DNA from: Dehalococcoidia bacterium
GTDB lineage: Bacteria; Chloroflexota; Dehalococcoidia; Lucifugimonadales; UBA3495
Assembly: GCA_964291335.2 (NCBI GenBank)
Contig: OZ219748.1
Location: 609,479 to 673,478, forward strand
Length of the DNA: 64,000 nt
Reading direction: 5' to 3'
The notes below the pieces were generated by a model that was not told the origin of the DNA, did no database searches, and saw only the letters and a list, made by a program, of their open reading frames with translations. Within the stretch, counting starts at the first letter, position 1; every line of letters starts with the position of its first letter. Made by a program: the position numbers and the translations under genes. This document shows, piece after piece, positions 37,751 to 47,483 of the stretch.

Positions 37751-37964
37751 GCGTACTAAACTATGTTCCATGCCGCATCACCTCCTTTTCTGAATTCCCG
37801 CCCAGCGGTTAGATAATTGATAACATAGACCGTAAACCTTGTCAAGGCCGGAACCGGGCCGGATACGAAACGCTTCGGCCACTGGCGAACCGGCAGTTCC
37901 CGGGTTAAAGGGCTTCCGGTGTTTCCCGCCGGGCAGAATAACCTTGTCAGGTATTAGGAGGATT

Positions 37965-38945
37965 ATGCGCATCGTCTTTATGGGAACCCCGAACTACGCC
38001 GTGCCGGCGCTCCAGGCAATTCTTCAAGCTGAAAACCTGAAGGTGGTGGGCGTTTACACACCACCGGACCGACCACGCGGCCGCGGCCTGCCTCTGGAAA
38101 TGTCTCCCGTCAAGGCCCTGGCCCTGGCCCGCGACCTTCCCGTGTTTCAGCCGCCGTCCTTGCGCCCACAATCAACACAAACAGAACTGGCATCCCTAAA
38201 GCCGGACCTTATTCTGGTGGCAGCTTACGGGAAGCTCTTGCCCCCGGGGGTTTTGACCTTGCCGCCAGCAGGTTGTCTGAACCTGCATCCCTCTCTGCTG
38301 CCCAGGTATCGCGGGCCTTCTCCAGTGGTAGCGGCCATACTCAACGGCGACGAGCAGACTGGCGTTTCCCTGATGCTGCTGGATGCGGGAATGGATACCG
38401 GCCCGGTGTTGAGCCAGCAGAAACTGACCCTTGCCGGCGCCGAAACCGCCGGTACACTGACTGCCGAACTCTTCAGGCTGGGCGCCGACCTGTTCCTCCG
38501 GAGCCTGCCTGATTGGACCGCGGGGAGCCTGAAAGCCGTTCCTCAGGATGAAGCCCTGGCAACCGTTACCCGCAAGCTGACGCGGGCCGACGGCCAGGCC
38601 GACTGGACTTTGCCCGCCACCGATTTGGAACGGCGACTGCGCGCCTTTACTCCCTGGCCCGGCTTGACCACCCACTGGCAAGGAAAGCCCCTGCGCCTCC
38701 TGGCGGCAACTCCTCTCGACGACGCCGGCGCCCTGGTGAAAGCGTCCGGGGGCAAGCCCGGGCAGGTTGTGCCTCTGCCCATCCCGGATCTGCCCATCGG
38801 CGTAGTTGCCGGACGGGGCATCCTGGCGCTGAAAAGGGTGCAAATGGCCGGAAGACGGGCCGCCAATGCCGCTGACTTCCGGCGCGGATACCCGGGCATT
38901 ATTGGCAGTCAGCTGACCGGCGGCCCGGTTGCCGAATCGGCTTGA
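37965..38945 (+). CDS. fmt: Methionyl-tRNA formyltransferase
   Basis: MRIVFMGTPNYAVPAL N-terminus, NLHPSLLPRYRGPSP motif, and TAGGAGG upstream of the ATG at 37965. Confidence 0.93.
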   Translation: MRIVFMGTPNYAVPALQAILQAENLKVVGVYTPPDRPRGRGLPLEMSPVKALALARDLPVFQPPSLRPQSTQTELASLKPDLILVAAYGKLLPPGVLTLPPAGCLNLHPSLLPRYRGPSPVVAAILNGDEQTGVSLMLLDAGMDTGPVLSQQKLTLAGAETAGTLTAELFRLGADLFLRSLPDWTAGSLKAVPQDEALATVTRKLTRADGQADWTLPATDLERRLRAFTPWPGLTTHWQGKPLRLLAATPLDDAGALVKASGGKPGQVVPLPIPDLPIGVVAGRGILALKRVQMAGRRAANAADFRRGYPGIIGSQLTGGPVAESA

Positions 38946-39835
38946 GGCGCCGGCCGCTCCCCTCTGACCCGGCCATCAGGCCGCCACATCCTCAGGCCGG
39001 CGTAGATTAGCGCCGCCGCCACAACCGGCGTCAGAGCCGGAAACAGCAGCGTTTTAAGCAGGTTGGCCGTAAATGCTTCCACCACATCTGAAATCAAGGC
39101 AACTGTGGCGGGCGCCGCCGCCAAATGGTGGCCAGCCGCACCGACAGCCAGAGACGCCAGCCAGCCAGTCAGCAACCAATATGCCAGAGCCAGAAGCGCA
39201 AGGGCGCTTAAGCCGGTGATTAAGGAAACTGTTAGCAGCCAGCGAAGGAACGCCTTTGGACAGCGCCAACAGAACAGCCCCATAAGCGCCGCTGTCAAAG
39301 CCATAACAATCACGCTGCCAAGACGCCCCCGGCGCAAGCCCTGCGTGATTCTGGCGCGGTATTGCCCGGCGGCGCGACGCAGCTCCCCGGCCGTTTTCGC
39401 CCCCGAAATGGTCAGCAGCAAGGGAACCGCATCTACCCTTTGGTTTTCCCCTTGCCGGGGGCCGTCCATAACAAAATAAAGGTCCAGCCGGTCGGTTTCA
39501 CCCTGAAAATAAGCCTCGGCCCTTTGCAGGTTGGCTGCCGTCTGCTCCTCCAGCCATTCCGCAGTCATTGTATCCCGCATCAAGTCAAGCGGCTCGCCCC
39601 GGTAGTCTCCGGCCACCGCCCCCAGCCACCCCCGCAGCCAGGCAGCAACGACCGGGTCTTTCATTGCTTCAGAATGGAAACGCCGGTAAGCGTCCTTTCT
39701 CGCCAGGGCTTCCAGGTAAAGGCCTCGCTCCAGCAACCCGGAAAGCAGCCAGATAAATAGAAAGCAAAAAAAGGCGACCAGGAACCCCGCACCCAGCAGA
39801 ACAGAAAAGAGAGACCTGGCAATCGCAAGAGGCAT
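38909..39835 (-). CDS. Hypothetical multi-pass membrane protein
   Basis: 308 aa with an N-terminal helix (LFSVLLGAGFLVAFFCFLFIWLL), a soluble middle region and 3-4 C-terminal helices. No family recognised. The 3' end overlaps the fmt 3' end (convergent). Confidence 0.5.
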   Translation of the reverse strand: MPLAIARSLFSVLLGAGFLVAFFCFLFIWLLSGLLERGLYLEALARKDAYRRFHSEAMKDPVVAAWLRGWLGAVAGDYRGEPLDLMRDTMTAEWLEEQTAANLQRAEAYFQGETDRLDLYFVMDGPRQGENQRVDAVPLLLTISGAKTAGELRRAAGQYRARITQGLRRGRLGSVIVMALTAALMGLFCWRCPKAFLRWLLTVSLITGLSALALLALAYWLLTGWLASLAVGAAGHHLAAAPATVALISDVVEAFTANLLKTLLFPALTPVVAAALIYAGLRMWRPDGRVRGERPAPQADSATGPPVS

Positions 39836-39999
39836 TTACAATCGGATTTCCGGGCAGCTGACGCCGCGTTTGGCGTGCAGTATAAGGATTTTGCGATGGC
39901 AATGGTAGTTGGCCGCTGTCAGCCATTCGTTGACACCCAAAACCGTTGAGTGCTACATTGCAATGGGTCGAAATCAGTATTTCCTTGCGAGGAACCAGT

Positions 40000-40800
40000 A
40001 TGCCAGCCAGGATTGCCGTACTAGCCAAACAGGTGATTGATCCGGAAATGCCCCTGGCCGCTTTCCAGATTGACGCCAACGCCAGGCGGGTTGTAACGCC
40101 GCCGAGCATTCCCCCGGTGGTAAACGGGTTTGACGAAAACGCGGTGGAGGCTGCGCTGCAGCTCAAAGACGCTCAAGGCGCCCATGTAACCGTAATCTCT
40201 GCCGGGGCTTCCTTTGCCCTGGACGTTATGAAAAAGCCCTTGTCCATGGGCGCCGATGAGTTGGTTCTGCTCCAGGATGCCGCCTTTGATAATACGGTGG
40301 ACAGCTTTTTTACGGCGCAACTGCTGGCGGCGGCTATTCGGAAACTGGAAGGGTTCGACCTGATTATCTGCGGACGGCAGGCGTCCGACTGGGACAATGC
40401 CCAGGTGCCGCTGGGCATCGCCGAACTGCTGGGGCTGTCCTGCGTGGCTCTGGGCAAGAAAGTAAACCTGCAAAACGATAAGGTGGTGGTAGAGCGCCTA
40501 ATTCCCGATGGCTACGAATTAGTCGAAGCTCCCCTGCCGGCGTTGGTAACCGTGAGTAACGAACTGGGGCAGCCCCGCTACCCTACCTTGCGGGGAATAA
40601 TGGCCGCAACCCGCAAGCGTCCCACCATTTGGGGCATTTCGGACCTGGGACCGGAGGCGAGCCAATTGGAACCCCGGCTGACTCTGCACGACCTTTTTGT
40701 GCCGGTCAGCAACGCCGAGTGCGAACTGATTGAAGGCGACGATGAAGTGGATGCCGGACGGCAGTTGGCGCTCCGGCTGCGTGAAGACAAGTTTATTTAG
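40000..40800 (+). CDS. etfB: Electron transfer flavoprotein subunit beta (EtfB/FixA)
   Basis: IAVLAKQVIDPE, VISAG, ICGRQASDWDNAQV and RYPTLRGIMAA motifs. The start is taken at ATG 40000. Confidence 0.88.
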   Translation: MPARIAVLAKQVIDPEMPLAAFQIDANARRVVTPPSIPPVVNGFDENAVEAALQLKDAQGAHVTVISAGASFALDVMKKPLSMGADELVLLQDAAFDNTVDSFFTAQLLAAAIRKLEGFDLIICGRQASDWDNAQVPLGIAELLGLSCVALGKKVNLQNDKVVVERLIPDGYELVEAPLPALVTVSNELGQPRYPTLRGIMAATRKRPTIWGISDLGPEASQLEPRLTLHDLFVPVSNAECELIEGDDEVDAGRQLALRLREDKFI

Positions 40801-40888
40801 ACGCCGGCTGAAATTCAGCCGGCAATTGGCGGTATGCCAGGGCAGCCAGCCCATAATAAACTGAAATAAACTAACCTGGGGAGGCCCT

Positions 40889-41887
40889 ATGGCTGAGGGA
40901 ACAGGAGTACTGGTAATCGGCGAGTTGCAGGAAGGGGAGCTTGGCGCGGCTTCCCGGGAAATGCTGGCCGCTGGCCGAAAGGTAGCCGATGGTCTGAAGC
41001 AGGAATTGGCCATTGGCCTGTTCAGCGACCGGGTGGAAGGCCCGGCCCAAACGGCAATCGCCCACGGGGCTGACCGGGTTTACTCGGTTACCAACCCGTC
41101 TCTGGCCGGCTTTCAGGTTGACTTTTACCTCGCCGCCATGACAACTCTCTGTCAGGAAATTAACCCCGGTATTATCCTGATGGCCCGAACCAACGAAGGC
41201 CGGGAAATCGCCCCCCGCCTGGCTTTTCGCTTGGGTGTAGGCCTGGCCCAGGACTGCCTGGAGGTGTCAGTAGATGCCGCCAGCGGTAAGCTGCTGGCTA
41301 ATCGCCCGGTTTACGGCGGCAATGCCGTAGCAGTAATCAGCTGCAACCACACTCCCCAGGTAGCGGCCATCAGACCAAAGGCTTACCCGCCGCTGGAACC
41401 CGACCCTTCCCGTTCCGGGGAAGTGGTTTCTTTCCCGGTAGATTTAGACCCGTCCCTGGCGCGCAGCCGGGTCGTTGACGTGGTTAAGGAGAAAGCGGAA
41501 GGAGTAAAACTGGAGGAGGCCAGTATTGTGGTTTCCGGAGGCCGGGGGTTGGGCGGGCCGGAACCCTTCGCTCAACTGGAAGAGTTAGCGAACCTGCTGG
41601 GCGGAGCCGTTGGCGCCTCCCGGGCGGCAGTGGATTCAGGCTGGGCGCCAGCCAGCTGCCAGGTAGGGCTCACCGGCAAGACCATAACCCCTGACCTTTA
41701 CATTACCGTGGCCATCTCCGGCGCCAGCCAGCACATGGCCGGTTGTTCCGGCTCCAGAGCCATCGTAGCCATCAACAAGGACGCAGAGGCTAACATTTTC
41801 AAGGAAGCCCGCTACGGCGTCGTCGGCGACTGGGAGAAGGTGCTGACCGGCCTGACCGAAACCATTCGGGAACTGACTCAGGACTAG
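40889..41887 (+). CDS. etfA: Electron transfer flavoprotein subunit alpha (EtfA/FixB)
   Basis: C-terminal FAD-binding signature [12 protein letters not shown]...[28 protein letters not shown]...IVAINKD. Confidence 0.9.
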   Translation: MAEGTGVLVIGELQEGELGAASREMLAAGRKVADGLKQELAIGLFSDRVEGPAQTAIAHGADRVYSVTNPSLAGFQVDFYLAAMTTLCQEINPGIILMARTNEGREIAPRLAFRLGVGLAQDCLEVSVDAASGKLLANRPVYGGNAVAVISCNHTPQVAAIRPKAYPPLEPDPSRSGEVVSFPVDLDPSLARSRVVDVVKEKAEGVKLEEASIVVSGGRGLGGPEPFAQLEELANLLGGAVGASRAAVDSGWAPASCQVGLTGKTITPDLYITVAISGASQHMAGCSGSRAIVAINKDAEANIFKEARYGVVGDWEKVLTGLTETIRELTQD

Positions 41888-41944
41888 CTTGCGACCCACG
41901 GCCGACAGCGGGGCCGGCTCCGGCCCATTCCGGGAATGGCCGGT

Positions 41945-42799
41945 TCAGTTATCCGCAGAAGGTTGCAGCAGCAGGATATTGTCAATCAGCCGGGTAGAGC
42001 CCAGATGCACTGCCAGCGAGGCCATTGCCGGGGCCTTTACCTGTTGCAGTTCCGCCAAAGTAGCGGCGTCGGCTACACTGACGTAATCTATTCCCCCCAG
42101 CAATGGTTCCCCTGCCAGAACGGCGCGGATGGCCGCTCGCAGGGTTTCGGCATCGGATTCGCCGCGCCGCCACAACTCTTCCGCCCGGGACAAGGCCCGG
42201 AAAATCACCGGCGCCGCTCTCCGCTCCGCGGCCGTCAGGTAAGCGTTGCGACTGCTCAGCGCCAGCCCGTCAGCATCCCGAACCGTTGGCGCCGCCACAA
42301 TTTCCACCCCCAGGTTCAGGTCTCGTTCCAGCTGCCGAATAACCGCCAACTGCTGCCCGTCTTTCTGTCCGAAGTAGGCCCGGTCCGGGCGCAGCACATT
42401 GAACAGCTTGGTTACGACAGTGGCTACCCCCCGAAAGTGGCCCGGGCGCGCCGCACCCTCCAGGCCGGCAGCCAGACTGCCAGGCTCAACCCAGGTGTCA
42501 AAGCCGGGTGGGTAAACCTCCTCCGTCAGCGGCGCATACACCAAATCCACCCCCTCCGTCTCCAGCAGCGCCAGGTCCCGGCCCAGATCCTGCGGATACC
42601 GCGCCAAATCCTCCCGGGGGCCAAACTGGGCGGGGTTAACAAAAATAGAGACGGCCACCCTGACATTCTCCCGCCGCGCCTGCCTTACCAGCGCCAGATG
42701 GCCGGCATGCAGGGCCCCCATGGTTGGCGCCAGACCCAAAGGTCTGGGGCAGCCCCGGACGGCCCGGAGCGTTTCAGCGTTGGTGGTCAGCGTCAGCAT
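41945..42799 (-). CDS. panC: Pantoate--beta-alanine ligase
   Basis: PTMGALHAGHLALV (HIGH-like motif), FGQKDGQQL, and a length of 284 aa. Confidence 0.92.
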   Translation of the reverse strand: MLTLTTNAETLRAVRGCPRPLGLAPTMGALHAGHLALVRQARRENVRVAVSIFVNPAQFGPREDLARYPQDLGRDLALLETEGVDLVYAPLTEEVYPPGFDTWVEPGSLAAGLEGAARPGHFRGVATVVTKLFNVLRPDRAYFGQKDGQQLAVIRQLERDLNLGVEIVAAPTVRDADGLALSSRNAYLTAAERRAAPVIFRALSRAEELWRRGESDAETLRAAIRAVLAGEPLLGGIDYVSVADAATLAELQQVKAPAMASLAVHLGSTRLIDNILLLQPSADN

Positions 42800-42820
42800 C
42801 GGAGAGGCCGCTTGAAGCCT

Positions 42821-44533
42821 TCATTCCGCTGGAAAAAGCTCGTCAATCTCCCGTTCCAGCCGCTCCTTATCTGTTTCGGTCGGGTATGCGTCAACGTCTT
42901 GAACCCCACTGACCCGGCTGGTCAGTTGAGCGTAAGATTCGGATGTGCCATAGTCGCGGGTATGGATTACTACCGGCATGGGTACGGCGTGGCCGAAAAT
43001 CAGGGCTTGCTGTTTGGGGTCCAGGCGGGCCAGGATACCCCGAAGCTGGCGGCTTCCGGCCGCCCCGGATAGCACGGCTTCCACGTCCCGCTCGTTATCC
43101 AGCAGACAGGTTAAGCGCGTACCCAACTGGCTCATCACCTCCGAATCAATTCCGCTGGGGCGTTGGTCCACCACCATAAGGGTAACATTATACTTGCGCA
43201 ATTCCCGCGCAATCGTGCCGAAGGTGGTCTGACCGGCCACATCCTGATTGAGGAATTTGTGCGCCTCCTCGATGACGATTACCAGCGGCCGGGGTTCTCT
43301 GCCCCCTCCTCCCTCCGCCTTTTCTTTCAACTCGACGTAGCGGTCGCGAATACGGCGGGACAGCAGATTGCTGACCAGGATATAGGCGCTTAAATCGTTG
43401 CCCCAACGACCGAATTCCAGCACCACGTGCTTGCCCCGTTCCAGGTGCTGGAGCATGGTCTCAGCCGCATTATGCCGGCTGTTCTGGCCCAGGAAATCAA
43501 AACGGGTGAGCCGGTTCAGCCGGTTATGCAGAGAGCCCAGGGCTGCGCCATTAATTCCCAGTTCCCTGGCCAACTCCCCTCGGCATTCCCCATCCAGTTC
43601 CAGGAAAGAGCCTACCCAATTGTCGCCGAGCTTCTGCTTAAGGTTGTAAGCAGCGGAGGCGGCTACATCGGACAAGTTCAGGGTTTCCTTGAGCAGTTCC
43701 ATATCCTCCGGTTCAATTTCTCTGTACCCGATGCGCACCACCTCATCAGCTGAGGAGCCGCGCCGTCGGGAGCTTTCTTCATCCAGGGTAAAGGTGGACA
43801 CCCGGGCGGGAAAGAGCTGCTTAAGGCCTTTAACCTGCCGGCCGTGGTCTGAGTCCTGACCGCTCCAGCCGTATTCACTGTGCATATCGAACACCAGGGA
43901 GGAGGCGGTATCTCCCTGCAGAATGCCCACCAGCAGCAGCCGAGTCAAAAAGGTCTTGCCGGTGCCGCTTTTCCCGAACACGCCAATGGAACGCTTGACC
44001 AGCTCATCCAGGTCTAAACAAACCCTCGCATCCATATCCAGGGGGGCGCCAATCCAGAAATGGGTCTTATCCTCCTCGCCAAAGACCTTGGCAACATCCT
44101 GCGGGGCAGCAGTAAACACCCGGGAAAAGTGGGCCGGGATGGTCTTGGCGGCCTGCGGAGCTTCCGGGGCGTTCAGCCCCAGCGGCATAGTCAGGCTGGG
44201 CAAAGCCGACACGGCGCCATAAGCCACAGTGCCGGCAACCGCTTGACTAATCAGCGGATCGTCTGTATCCGGCGGCGTATGCCTTAACTGCGGGTCGGAA
44301 CCGTTGAGCTGCAGATCGGTTACCACCCCAAAGAAGCGGTAGCGTTCCCCCTGGATGGTTAGAAATACGCCGACCTTTATATCTTCAATTACCTTTTCCC
44401 CGGAAGGAAGCAGCCGAATATCAATCCCTTGCGCCAGGGAGCCGCCCACCACCAGGCCCCATGGCATCCCCGAGTCAGCCAGGCCACTGGCCAATGCCCC
44501 GTTCTGCTCCAGGTAGGGAAATCCGTTGGTCAT
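42821..44533 (-). CDS. HerA-like ATPase (DUF87 / FtsK-HerA superfamily, COG0433-like) with N-terminal HAS-barrel-like domain
   Basis: Walker A GVFGKSGTGKTFL, Walker B LVIVIEEAHKF, and VTLMVVDQRPSGIDSEVMSQLGTRLTCLLDNERD, which is typical of HerA. The N-terminal barrel-like segment is GLVVGGSLAQGIDIRL...VGVFLTIQGERYRFFGVVTDLQL. Confidence 0.75.
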   Translation of the reverse strand: MTNGFPYLEQNGALASGLADSGMPWGLVVGGSLAQGIDIRLLPSGEKVIEDIKVGVFLTIQGERYRFFGVVTDLQLNGSDPQLRHTPPDTDDPLISQAVAGTVAYGAVSALPSLTMPLGLNAPEAPQAAKTIPAHFSRVFTAAPQDVAKVFGEEDKTHFWIGAPLDMDARVCLDLDELVKRSIGVFGKSGTGKTFLTRLLLVGILQGDTASSLVFDMHSEYGWSGQDSDHGRQVKGLKQLFPARVSTFTLDEESSRRRGSSADEVVRIGYREIEPEDMELLKETLNLSDVAASAAYNLKQKLGDNWVGSFLELDGECRGELARELGINGAALGSLHNRLNRLTRFDFLGQNSRHNAAETMLQHLERGKHVVLEFGRWGNDLSAYILVSNLLSRRIRDRYVELKEKAEGGGGREPRPLVIVIEEAHKFLNQDVAGQTTFGTIARELRKYNVTLMVVDQRPSGIDSEVMSQLGTRLTCLLDNERDVEAVLSGAAGSRQLRGILARLDPKQQALIFGHAVPMPVVIHTRDYGTSESYAQLTSRVSGVQDVDAYPTETDKERLEREIDELFPAE

Positions 44534-45132
44534 AACTTTATCCTCCGCAAGATGACGCCCAGGCGGGCTACATTACTGGGCAACTCCGCCGCCAGGGCCC
44601 GGCCGGCCCGCACCAGGAAAGCCTGCTGGTCCGGGTGGCACAGCGCCGCTTCGCGCAAGCAGGCAACCACCACTTCATCGGCCAGCGACTGGCCGGAGTT
44701 TAACAACAGGCGCAGAAAGTCCATATTGCCGGTAAACTCGGCTACCCTGGCCGGTGAACAGCGGCTCACAAAGTCGTGGATTCGGGGGGGAACCGGCGGC
44801 AGCAGCTGACGACTTTTCCCCTGGCTGGTATGACCCGCCACCAGAGCTTCAAAGCGGGTAGTCAGCAGCCGCTCAATCTGAGGATTATCCTGGTAAACTT
44901 CGTCCACCGTGGCCGCATGCCGGCCTCGGGCCAACACCGGGCGGACGGGATCCAATGGTTCAGTGCGAACCGACTGCACCACCGCATAAACCGCAGATTC
45001 GCTTACTTCCACCAGCGAACCCAGAGGCGGCGCACCGTATAGCTCATAGCATTGAACCTGCAAACAACTCGAATCCGCCCCAATTACTTCCCCCACCCGG
45101 CGGCCAGCATCCTCCGACCGTATCTCTGCCAT
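44530..45132 (-). CDS. Hypothetical protein, translationally coupled partner of the HerA-like ATPase
   Basis: 200 aa. Its stop overlaps the ATG of the ATPase gene (4-nt overlap at 44530-44533). The N-terminal segment RVGEVIGADSSCLQVQC...LGSLVEV...VYAVVQSV resembles a small beta-barrel. GGGAGGAG lies upstream of the ATG at 45132. No family recognised. Confidence 0.55.
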   Translation of the reverse strand: MAEIRSEDAGRRVGEVIGADSSCLQVQCYELYGAPPLGSLVEVSESAVYAVVQSVRTEPLDPVRPVLARGRHAATVDEVYQDNPQIERLLTTRFEALVAGHTSQGKSRQLLPPVPPRIHDFVSRCSPARVAEFTGNMDFLRLLLNSGQSLADEVVVACLREAALCHPDQQAFLVRAGRALAAELPSNVARLGVILRRIKL

Positions 45133-45160
45133 TTCTGTACTCAGACCGCTCCTCCCGGCT

Positions 45161-45266
45161 AACCCGACTGTTTTCGGTGATGACTAATTATAGCCGCTCG
45201 TCCAGCGTCAGCCGGGCTATCCGGCCGGCCGCAACCCAACTGTTTTCGGTGATGACTAATTATAGC
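45161..45266. repeat. 34-bp direct repeat x2 (72-bp period) in a divergent promoter region
   Basis: AACCCGACTGTTTTCGGTGATGACTAATTATAGC at 45161-45194 and the same sequence with one mismatch at 45233-45266. Each copy carries TATAAT when read on the - strand. Confidence 0.8.
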
Positions 45267-45443
45267 GGCAATGAGTTTGCCAGTCAGCAAGCCGCTGGCA
45301 GAAATGCCGGGCTCCGGGCCTCGCTCAACCGCAGCGCCGAGGTTCCCGGCAGGGTACGTTCCCGTTCAGTTCCAAAACGATAACGGCGCCATGCTATAAT
45401 TTCTGGCAGCGACCGACCACAACCTGATACGGAGACCGACTAA

Positions 45444-46337
45444 ATGGAGATAAACACGGTAGCAATTCTCAGTCCCGGCGATATGGGCCACGCAGTAGGG
45501 CAGCGGCTTCGGGAGAATGAACTGGAAGTAATTACCTGCCTGGCGGGAAGAAGCGCGCGAACCCGGAGCCTGGCGGAAAAAGCCGGCATTCAGAATGTAG
45601 CCAGCATGGAAGAACTGGCCGCCCGCTCCGACATTATTATGTCAATGACGGTGTCGGCGGCGGCGCCAGGCCTGTGCCGGCAGGTCGCCGACGCCATACA
45701 GGCTGCCGCCGCAGCCCCTCTTTTTGCTGAGTGCAACGCTATTTCGCCTCAGTTAACCAAAGAAATGGCGCCGATAATTACCCAGGCGGGCGGGCGTTTC
45801 GTCGATGTATCCATTATCGGCGGGCCGCCCAGACCCGGCTACAGCCCCCGCTTCTACACTTCGGGCGATTGCGCCGCCGATTTTGAACAGTTGGGGCAGT
45901 ATGGGCTGGAAGTGCTTCGGCTGGATGGCGCCGTTGGTCAGGCCTCCGGCATCAAAATGTGCTATGCCGCCATGACCAAAGGAACCTCTGCCCTGCACAG
46001 TCAGCTATTAATCGCCGCCGAGTTGATGGGGTTAACCGAGCCGCTGCTGGCTGAGTTTCGCGCCGGTCAGGGCGCATCCGTGGAGCGGATGGAACGCAAT
46101 TTGCCCACTGTTCCCCCCCGCTCCCGCCGCTGGGTTAGCGAAATGGAGGAGATACGCGACACCTTCGCTTACCTGGGTATGACGCCCAACCTGTTCGAAG
46201 GCGTCGCCGATATGTATCGGTTCATTGGCAGCACGCCGCTGGGCGAGGAACTTCCTGAATCCCGCGACCGGGAGCGCACCTTCACCGAGACCGTCAGGCA
46301 ACTGAGCCGGTACGTGCCGCAGCAACAAAAGGACTGA
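45444..46337 (+). CDS. NAD(P)-dependent oxidoreductase (6-phosphogluconate-dehydrogenase-like N-domain, DUF1932-type C-domain)
   Basis: Rossmann motif VAILSPGDMGHAVG at the N-terminus and the C-terminal pattern IKMCYAAMTKGTSAL. Confidence 0.6.
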   Translation: MEINTVAILSPGDMGHAVGQRLRENELEVITCLAGRSARTRSLAEKAGIQNVASMEELAARSDIIMSMTVSAAAPGLCRQVADAIQAAAAAPLFAECNAISPQLTKEMAPIITQAGGRFVDVSIIGGPPRPGYSPRFYTSGDCAADFEQLGQYGLEVLRLDGAVGQASGIKMCYAAMTKGTSALHSQLLIAAELMGLTEPLLAEFRAGQGASVERMERNLPTVPPRSRRWVSEMEEIRDTFAYLGMTPNLFEGVADMYRFIGSTPLGEELPESRDRERTFTETVRQLSRYVPQQQKD

Positions 46338-46446
46338 AACCGCTGCCCGGCAAAAGGGTGCGGTCAGTCCATATTCGTTAAGCAAACCCGGGGCGGCCAG
46401 CCCCGGGGCAATCAGCTTACCCGGCAAGGGGCCGGAACGCCGAAAG

Positions 46447-46812
46447 TTACGGTTCAGTCTGCTCGGTCTGGCTGCCCTTCACCGTAACGGTAATGTGGGC
46501 CATGGCAGTGTCGCCCGGGGCGCCGTGCCAGTGGTTCTCGCCAGCCGGGATAATCACCACGTCGCCGACGGTAATTTCCACCTCTTCGTCATCGGTGGCT
46601 ACCGTGCCGACGCCTTCGGTTACAATAAGGATTTGATCCCCGCTGTGCTTGTGAAACTTGTTACGCGACCCGGCGCTGAAGCTGACCACGCCAAAATTGA
46701 AATTGCTGCTGTCTTCCGGCTGGAAGGGGGCTTGCCGGGTAACCACATTGCCGGTAAAGAGGGCGCTGGTGGCCTCCTCTTTGGCAACATTGCTAATCTT
46801 GACTACCTTCAT
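46447..46812 (-). CDS. Cupin domain protein
   Basis: 121 aa from ATG 46812, preceded by AGGAGGG. Cupin motifs: HKHSGDQILIVTEGVG and GDVVIIPAGENHWHG. Confidence 0.75.
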   Translation of the reverse strand: MKVVKISNVAKEEATSALFTGNVVTRQAPFQPEDSSNFNFGVVSFSAGSRNKFHKHSGDQILIVTEGVGTVATDDEEVEITVGDVVIIPAGENHWHGAPGDTAMAHITVTVKGSQTEQTEP

Positions 46813-47010
46813 CTCGTTCCCTCCTGATTTTTCACTGACCATTAAGACTGGAGCCAGGTTCCACTGACCTTTGACCCAGAGCCCGGCAGCCTGAACCGTC
46901 CGTACCCCAATATACTCGGTTGCCGGCCTCAAGTCCATACCGAAAAACAGGAAGCCTGCCCCTGGCGCCGGTTAACTCCGCCGGCTGCGGTTGCGAAAAC
47001 CCTGCCATCT

Positions 47011-47388
47011 TCAGCCGACGCTGCCCTGCATGGTTTCCAGCAAATCGGCCAGGGTATGGGCCAGGCGGCGGGGACGTTCCGCAAACTCTGGCGCGGGATA
47101 CCATTCATAGTCGAAACTGCGCAGCGCAGCGCCGTCAATGCTGCAACGCAGGCTTGACACAATGACCTTAAAACCAACAATGCCGGAGGCCATTTCCGCC
47201 AGCTGTTCCAGCACCGGGTCCGGGCAATCGTAAATCACCAGGAAGCCCCCCTGTCTTTCCCCATCGGTTACCCGGGCCCGGAAAACCGGCCCCAGCTGGT
47301 CAAGCTCGACTATGGTGAAACCGGTCTCAGGCCGACCGAAATCGGGCCAGCCAATGTGGATGGTATCCCCTACCCGCCGTTGACGCAT
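47011..47388 (-). CDS. Hypothetical protein
   Basis: The ORF is open to 47451. ATG at 47388 is preceded by GGAGAGGAA. No recognisable family. Confidence 0.4.
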   Translation of the reverse strand: MRQRRVGDTIHIGWPDFGRPETGFTIVELDQLGPVFRARVTDGERQGGFLVIYDCPDPVLEQLAEMASGIVGFKVIVSSLRCSIDGAALRSFDYEWYPAPEFAERPRRLAHTLADLLETMQGSVG

Positions 47389-47483
47389 GCGTTCCTCTCC
47401 ACCGGTATAACCCCGGCGCTGCATCCTGCGCCGGCAGCTTAAAGCCGGCAAGTAATCGGTCCCGGCTGCTTAAAAACACCGGG

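Noticed and set aside
41936-43072. 378-aa plus-strand ORF.
   Set aside because: It is antisense to panC and the 3' end of the HerA-like gene, and has an Arg/Gln/Pro-rich non-protein-like composition.
46389-46413. GC hairpin CCCGGGGC-ggcca-GCCCCGGG between convergent genes, as a terminator.
   Set aside because: There is no U tract on either side, so evidence is too weak to list it as a feature.
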